Source: an uncultured Chloroflexia bacterium
GTDB lineage: Bacteria > Chloroflexota > Limnocylindria > Limnocylindrales > CSP1-4
Reading direction: 5' to 3'
NCBI GenBank assembly: GCA_963849495.1
Contig: CAWKHN010000009.1
Span: forward strand, 207,305-271,304
DNA: 64,000 nucleotides
Both the position numbers and the translations under genes were made by a program. The notes under the pieces are model-generated. The model was not told the DNA's origin, made no database searches, and was given only the letters and a program-made list of their open reading frames with translations. Of the stretch, positions 58,757-64,000 are shown piece by piece. The first letter of the stretch is position 1, and each line of letters begins with the position of its first letter.

Positions 58757-59104
58757 CTACTGCGGAGCAACGCAGTCCAGACCTGGAGCTTGGCACAATA
58801 CGCCCCGGTTGCCGGTCCCGTCGTAGACCACCCGGCTCCCGAGCGGAGCTTGAAGGATCACTTGCAGCACATACTTCTGCGCCATAGATGTGTGGGGCCC
58901 CGAGATGACCGGCTCGCGGCACTGGGCGTAAATCCGCACAGCATCGCTCGACTCGTCGACCGCTGCGATCGTGCAATTGAGGTCCGGCGCGTCAAGGAAG
59001 ACCACCTCGAGCGTCCGGTCGTCGATCGGCCAGTACGCGAGCGGCCTCTCCACCGGCCAGCGCAACATCAGGATCACGTAGAAGAGGCCGCCGACGACAG
59101 CCAA
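58757..59104 (-). CDS. Hypothetical protein in low-GC island
   Basis: TTG start in the track. Alternative ATG (MLRWP...). Confidence 0.3.
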   Translation of the reverse strand: MAVVGGLFYVILMLRWPVERPLAYWPIDDRTLEVVFLDAPDLNCTIAAVDESSDAVRIYAQCREPVISGPHTSMAQKYVLQVILQAPLGSRVVYDGTGNRGVLCQAPGLDCVAPQ

Positions 59105-59161
59105 GACGGCGACGATCTTGGTGAGAGAAACCGCAACGCGTCGTCGTCAATTCATTTCGGG

Positions 59162-60466
59162 TCAGTTCAGAAGTATGTCACCTGGGAGGGCGAGGTACGA
59201 ATCGTAGATCGGGGTGAAGTAGATTCGGCAGTTTCCAGGGCCCGCGCCGCTTTGCACTCCGGCAGCTTTGACCACGCCACTCACGATCGAGAATATCGAT
59301 CCACCCGAGTCCCCATCAAGGACACACGGTCCCGACCAGGATAGGGCGGACGACATGTTCCTTGCCACCAGGCTCCCGCCATACGAGATGTCCCACCCGG
59401 TTAGATCGACGCTGTACGGGCCTGTCTCGCCGGACGCGCGACCACCCACGTAGACGGCGTCACCAAATTGTGCGAAGCGGGTATACCGCGAGACCACAGG
59501 CGACCAACTTGACGAGTCGACGTTACCGCGGAAGATCCTCCCCTGCGAAGGGTACCCGCTGTAGAGACGGATCAGGGCGACATCGCCCCGATATGTGGTC
59601 TGGCCCGTGTAGTACTGCGTCCCGTATGTGGAGTTCCAATTCTCCTCGTAGCCCGACTTGACCCAGCCGACGCCGCTGTAGTTGCCGATCTTGGCGGAAC
59701 CCCCGGTTGAGAAGCAGTGAGCGGCCGTGAGCATTGCGTAGACGGTGCCGACATGCCATGCGAACCCGTCGGAACAGGCCTGCGACTGGATCGACGCACC
59801 GCCCCAGAACGGCCAGGCATCCGCCTGCCGGTTGGAGGTGGGTTTCGCTCCCAGCATCGATGCGTCGATCCGCGACTCGATAGCCTGCGTCCCGAAGCGG
59901 TTGGCGAGAGCCTCGAACAGTCGCTCGCTCGGCGCACTGACGACAATCGTGATGCGATTGCTCTTTGGGTCCGGGCCGGTCATGTAGATAAGGTCGGCAT
60001 CGGGCACACCGGTGGCCTGAAGCCTGATCGCCTCGTCCTTGATCGCCTCCAGCTTGCCGAAGGAGAACGCCACGTTCCGCACCGAGGTCGGCTGCTTGAC
60101 GTCGGCGGCCGATCCAGCGAGCAGGTCCACACCGGTGGCCGATGCAGCGGAGAGGACGAGGTCGCCACTCGCGGGACCAATCCACGGGTAGCCGATATCG
60201 TCGGGATGGCCTTGGGCGAACTCGAGCGCATCGCTGAGCGCCTGCGCCTGATCCTCGCTCGTGGGCTTCGCTTCCACGAGGGTCAAGACGAGTGGAATAC
60301 CGGATGTGTCAATGGCCGAGACATCTCCAAGCGCCACCGCCCTGGCCGATGCCTGACCCTTCGAGGTTGTGGCCGCGTCGACTGTCATGGGCGTAGCAGT
60401 CAACACCAGCATGAGAGCGATCACCGCAGGGCGTGCGCGGTATCGCAGGTCACCGATGTTCTTCAC
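59162..60466 (-). CDS. Secreted S1-family serine protease (alpha-lytic protease / streptogrisin-like) with pro-domain
   Basis: GTG start with GGGAGGA SD. Signal peptide. Catalytic triad contexts LTAAHC, DVALIRL, GDSGG. Confidence 0.85.
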   Translation of the reverse strand: MKNIGDLRYRARPAVIALMLVLTATPMTVDAATTSKGQASARAVALGDVSAIDTSGIPLVLTLVEAKPTSEDQAQALSDALEFAQGHPDDIGYPWIGPASGDLVLSAASATGVDLLAGSAADVKQPTSVRNVAFSFGKLEAIKDEAIRLQATGVPDADLIYMTGPDPKSNRITIVVSAPSERLFEALANRFGTQAIESRIDASMLGAKPTSNRQADAWPFWGGASIQSQACSDGFAWHVGTVYAMLTAAHCFSTGGSAKIGNYSGVGWVKSGYEENWNSTYGTQYYTGQTTYRGDVALIRLYSGYPSQGRIFRGNVDSSSWSPVVSRYTRFAQFGDAVYVGGRASGETGPYSVDLTGWDISYGGSLVARNMSSALSWSGPCVLDGDSGGSIFSIVSGVVKAAGVQSGAGPGNCRIYFTPIYDSYLALPGDILLN

Positions 60467-60667
60467 GCGAAATCCTCCCTCGCACGCTCACGCCACCCGC
60501 CGGCAGAGTTACCCCGTAGCCGACCGCATGGTCCCTCGGGTGAGGTTGTGTCTTCCGTCGCCTTCGATAGGCCCGTTCGCACTCTGAGTCCATGAGGCCC
60601 GCAGCCCTAACGTCTCGACGCTGGCTCACGTGGGCCATGCCCGTCATGGTGTAAGTCGTCTTCCAGG

Positions 60668-61006
60668 GTGAACGCTTCTCAGACGGCATGCGGTGCTCCG
60701 GGCCGATGGCGTCCGGGTCATCCGAACCCCGGTCCGGGCACCTCGGCGAATGCCTTCGCGGAGCGGTTCGTGCGGACCGTGCGCCGGGAGTGCCTCGACC
60801 ACGTCCTGATCTACGATCGTCGGCACCTCGAGCGGGTGCTCGGGTCGTACGTCGACCACCACGTCGACGAGAGGCCCCACCGGGGACTGGGTCTGGCCGT
60901 GCCCGCGGGTGACGGGTCACCACCCGTTCCGGGGGCTCCTCGGACGCCGGTCGAACGGAGGGACGTGCTCGGCGGCCTGATCCACGAGTACCGCCGGGCG
61001 GCGTGA
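60668..61006 (+). pseudogene. IS481-family transposase C-terminal fragment
   Basis: ...NAFAERFVRTVRRECLDHVLIYDRRHLERVLGSYVDHHVDERPHRGLG...RRDVLGGLIHEYRRAA*. Integrase core begins mid-domain. Confidence 0.6.
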
Positions 61007-61028
61007 TCGGATTGTTGAACCCTTCACG

Positions 61029-61369
61029 GTGGATGCGGCCCGGGCGCTCGACTACATCCGCAACTTCGCAGCCGCGTGGTCGCGGGCGAAGCCTACTACT
61101 CGGGCCGGCATGATCCAGGCCGTCTACCAGACGGTGACCGTTTGCGGTGACCAGTTGGTCAACGTCCGGCTCACGGATGAGGCCTACGCGCACGGCTTCG
61201 CAGCTGCTCTGCCTCAGGAGGTGAGCGTGCGGCGCTGGCGAGTCGGGGACGGCCGCGAAAACTGCGGGCTTTGGCGCGCCCGACAGGTGTCGGGCGCGCG
61301 GATGCCACAATTATCCGAATACCGGTCGAACGAGCCGGTGGAGCTCTGATCTCGCGGGAGAGCGCCTGA
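61029..61369 (+). pseudogene. Recombinase-like C-terminal fragment, repeat copy C (frameshifted)
   Basis: ...AGMIQAVYQTVTVCGDQLVNVRLTDEAYAHGFAAALPQEV then a frame change to ELARPTGVGRADATIIRIPVERAGGALISRESA*. Perfect palindrome GGCGCGCCCGACA-GG-TGTCGGGCGCGCG at 61273..61300. Confidence 0.4.
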
Positions 61370-61799
61370 CTACACACTTGGCGCCCGTTCCAGCAGCAGA
61401 CTCGTCCGATCGCGAGGTGGTGTCCAATGGGTCGCCGGATCCGGACGGTCACCATAGCCGGGGTCGGTACGCCGCCACCGTGCCACTGCGTCCGCTCGTC
61501 GACGAGGTGCTGCGGGCTTTGGAGGCGAAGTGGAGGGCACAGGCCCAATCCGACGCTGGTCGAGAGGCCGGCGCTCTGGGCCGAAGAACGAGGAGCCCCG
61601 CGTCAAGGGGAGCGCAACAGCCGCTGCCCTGGCGCCCGGTCAAGCCTGTAAGCCGCTTGGACGCAGGTTCGCTCCGTCCCGCAGCGAGGACCCTCCGGGC
61701 TATTCGCTAGCACCACGGGCCAGACTCGATCGGAACAGCCAGGGGCGTTCGCCTTCAACCCACTCCGGGGGTGCCCCGTGATTCCTCGCAGCATGCCCC

Positions 61800-62540
61800 T
61801 CACGCGCTCTCCCTGAACGGCTGGCGCGCGAGCAGGGCCTCGAGCCCGTCCAGCAGCCGCTGCAGGCCGAACTCGAACTGCTCGTCCGGCGTCAGCGTGG
61901 CCATCGCCGGCGCCGCTGCCACGAGGTTAGGAAAGCGATCGGCCGGAAGCGACGTCACGAGGGCCTCCGCCATCGCACGGACCTGCTCCCTTCCGGCGTT
62001 GGGCGACGCAACGACGTATGCGGCCTCGGAGGCCGCATAGCTGTAGCCGTGATTGAGGACGGCGCCGTAGGCAAGGAGCAGCGTCTTGCCCTCAAAGCCG
62101 GCGGGCCGCAGGACGCTGAGCAGCGCCTCCACCACGCCAAGGGCATTGGGCCCGGCGCCAGACCGAGCAAAGAGCGCTGCGGCATGCGGATGGCGCTCGA
62201 CAAGGACCCTCCGAACGGCGCGGGCACACTCGGCCGCCTGCTCCCGCCAGGGTGCGTCCTGCTCGAGCTTGGTCTCCCCGAGGATCTCACCGGCGATCAG
62301 GTCGTTGACCAGCGCCAGGAGCTCGTCCTTGCTGCGCACGTGGGTGTAGAGGGACGTCGCACCGGCGTCCAGCGCCTGGCCCAACCGCCGCATCGAGAGT
62401 GCCTCGAGCCCCTCGGCATCGATGAACCGCACCGCCGCGGCCACGATCTGGTCGCGTGACAGCGGCTCGCGCTGGACAGTCCTGGCGGCCGGCTTGGGCC
62501 ACCACGGTAGATCCAGCGCCTCCTTGGGATCGTTCGCCAT
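61800..62540 (-). CDS. TetR-family transcriptional regulator
   Basis: ATG 62540 with AAGGA SD. HTH LEALSMRRLGQALDAGATSLYTHVRSKDEL. Confidence 0.8.
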   Translation of the reverse strand: MANDPKEALDLPWWPKPAARTVQREPLSRDQIVAAAVRFIDAEGLEALSMRRLGQALDAGATSLYTHVRSKDELLALVNDLIAGEILGETKLEQDAPWREQAAECARAVRRVLVERHPHAAALFARSGAGPNALGVVEALLSVLRPAGFEGKTLLLAYGAVLNHGYSYAASEAAYVVASPNAGREQVRAMAEALVTSLPADRFPNLVAAAPAMATLTPDEQFEFGLQRLLDGLEALLARQPFRESA

Positions 62541-62569
62541 CACGCGCAATCCTTCGCTACACCGAACAC

Positions 62570-62700
62570 CGTTTTGTGGACCGCACACTGTATTGACACC
62601 GAACACTGTACGTGGTAGCGTTCGATCTTGTCAAGCGCACAGTGTACGGCCTACCGAACATCGTACGCACCAAAGAACGCGCGGGGTCGGTCGAACGGGG
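62570..62700. promoter_or_regulatory. Intergenic region with repeated ACACTGTA / TACAGTGT operator-like motifs
   Basis: gcacactgtattgacaccgaacactgtacgtg ... gcgcacagtgtacgg. Confidence 0.4.
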
Positions 62701-62767
62701 ACGTTCAATCGAGCGGCTTCACCCGAGGACCGGTACTCAATCGCGGAAGACGGAAGGAAGGTTCCAG

Positions 62768-63136
62768 ATGAAGGCCGTCGTGGCGGTCCTGGGTGTCATG
62801 GTCGCGCTCGTTCTCGTCGTCACCGTTGCCGCCGTTGGCTCGACGTCAGCGCCGTTCGAGGGCAGCGGCATCTGGGCCGTTGGAAAGGTCCAGAACTCGC
62901 TCGGTGACCAGTACAAGCTCGACGCGGCGCAGTTGACCGCGACGTGGACATTTACCCGCGACGCGCAGGTCGTGCTGCGCTTCGAGGCGGGTGACGTCAC
63001 CGTCAACGGACAGGCGCTGCCGGCCGGCTGCTACAGCGGCAGCGCGAGCACGGGTGAGGTGATCAGCCTCGATGGTGCCAGCCACGTGAGCTTCGTGAGC
63101 CCGGCGACCGACACGTCGTGTGGGCAGCTGCCATGA
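62768..63136 (+). CDS. Small secreted/lipoprotein-like protein (122 aa)
   Basis: GGAAGGAAGG SD. Signal peptide MKAVVAVLGVMVALVLVVTVAAVGS. Confidence 0.5.
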   Translation: MKAVVAVLGVMVALVLVVTVAAVGSTSAPFEGSGIWAVGKVQNSLGDQYKLDAAQLTATWTFTRDAQVVLRFEAGDVTVNGQALPAGCYSGSASTGEVISLDGASHVSFVSPATDTSCGQLP

Positions 63137-64000
63137 CCGCCGGACGCAGCATCGCCATCACGCGCCAGGTGAGGAGCGCCGAGTCGTTCGGCGTTCGCGC
63201 CGAGTTGCGCCACACGCTGGCCGACGTTGCGGCATCGCGCGCCGCCTGGCTGTTCACGGCGGCCTGGCTGGCCGCGGCATTGACCCTCGTGCTGACGGGC
63301 CAGGGCTTCCCGTTCGACAGCCTGATCCTGGTCGGGATCTTCATGCCGCTCAGCCTGGTGACCGTGCTGCTCACCGAGCCGGCGCCGCCATCCCCGGCGG
63401 TGGCGAGTGAGCGGCCTCGCATCCGGCTTCAGCTCGGCGTGATCCTGCTGTTCGTCGTGCTCACCGGCTGGACCGGCCTGATGTACCACGACGTCACGGC
63501 CGTTTCGGTCCCGCTCTGGACGCCGCTCGTCGAAGCGCTGGCGCGCCTCGGCGACACTTGGTTCGGCGTCGCGACCTACGTGATGAACCCGGTGAGCTAC
63601 GTGGCGCTGCCGCTCCTCGTCCTGCTCCTGGCCGGGGCGCATCTGAGGCCGTTGGGATTCGGGCCCGGCCACCGCGTCGGGCGGGTCGTGCTCCTGTGGG
63701 CCTCAATCCCGCTGGCGCTCTTCGCCGTGGCGCTCGTCTCGGGGCAGCTGTCGTTGGGCCGGCTGCTCGGCCGCTTCGGGTCGAACTTCATGAACAACGG
63801 GCCTATGGAGGAGTTCCTGTTCCGGGGCGCACTGCAGACACGCTTGCGGCGGCTGTGGACCCCGGCCTGGGCGGTGGTCATCGGGGCGCTGGTGTTCGGC
63901 ATCTGGCACCTCGGGCTCGGCTTCACCAACACGGGCAACGCCGGCCTCCTGCCGGCGCTCGCGAGCACCGTCGTCAACCAGGCCGTCGTCGGGCTCGCCT
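63133..64000 (+). CDS. CPBP-family (CAAX/Abi) intramembrane metalloprotease, 3' partial
   Basis: EEFLFRG (EExxxR) and FGIWH motifs. ATGA overlap with the upstream small protein. Runs off the window end. Confidence 0.75.
   Translation, partial: MTAGRSIAITRQVRSAESFGVRAELRHTLADVAASRAAWLFTAAWLAAALTLVLTGQGFPFDSLILVGIFMPLSLVTVLLTEPAPPSPAVASERPRIRLQLGVILLFVVLTGWTGLMYHDVTAVSVPLWTPLVEALARLGDTWFGVATYVMNPVSYVALPLLVLLLAGAHLRPLGFGPGHRVGRVVLLWASIPLALFAVALVSGQLSLGRLLGRFGSNFMNNGPMEEFLFRGALQTRLRRLWTPAWAVVIGALVFGIWHLGLGFTNTGNAGLLPALASTVVNQAVVGLA

Noticed and set aside
58661-59344. 227-aa + ORF in the low-GC island
   Set aside because: Overlaps the minus-strand protease and small ORF. No domain. The opposite-strand genes have strong signatures.
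1-64000. CRISPR arrays, tRNA/rRNA genes, prophage structural genes
   Set aside because: No regularly spaced short direct repeats, no cloverleaf-compatible segments with conserved GTTC/TTCGA boxes noticed, and no capsid, terminase or portal-like ORFs. The integrative-element signals are limited to recombinase-like tails and IS elements.

Overview
This 64 kb window is high-GC (about 70%) and looks actinobacterial, with TGA-rich stops and Arg/Ala-rich antisense ORFs. It reads as an accessory, regulator-rich segment rather than a core-metabolism region. No rRNA, tRNA or CRISPR was seen.

Supported content:
- Signalling: a GGDEF/HD-GYP protein, a PAS-GAF-GGDEF protein, an orphan OmpR-type regulator, a NarL-type histidine kinase/response regulator pair, and a YciI(DGPF)+ECF42-like sigma pair.
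- Regulators: five TetR, two PadR each with a membrane partner, a Fur-like regulator overlapping a NiCoT-like metal transporter, and one ArsR-like regulator.
- Transport: three ABC-2 exporter pairs.
- Other enzymes and membrane proteins: a NOX-like ferric reductase, a GT39-type glycosyltransferase with a decayed tandem remnant, two paralogous cytoplasmic GH-A-clan (TEFG motif) hydrolase-like genes each paired with a TetR, four SRPBCC proteins (one frameshifted), a class II Fic protein, a TMEM175-like channel, an MBL hydrolase, alpha/beta hydrolases, a FAD monooxygenase and a CPBP protease.
- Defence and toxin-antitoxin: an AbiEi/AbiEii-like pair.
- Mobile DNA: an IS1595-family element (37819..39432) with perfect 23-bp inverted repeats and an 8-bp target duplication TGCCGTGT, carrying a DUF433/DUF5615 toxin-antitoxin-like cargo pair; an IS630 element with a C6 slippery site between orfA and orfB; fragments of IS481-like and IS1182/IS5-like transposases; and a lower-GC (about 55%) island (57.5-60.7 kb) encoding a secreted S1 (alpha-lytic-type) protease and other secreted proteins, bracketed by IS sequences.

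The most unusual signal is a dispersed repeat family in at least five or six decayed copies. Each copy combines the 3' end of a recombinase-like gene, a GC-rich 28-bp palindrome with a central dinucleotide, and a small GerE/LuxR-type HTH ORF. A second repeat is a 30-nt motif shared by the ECF sigma 3' end and the upstream region of a second YciI gene.

Many genes carry apparent frameshifts or truncations, which points to either gene decay or indel errors in GC-rich homopolymers.
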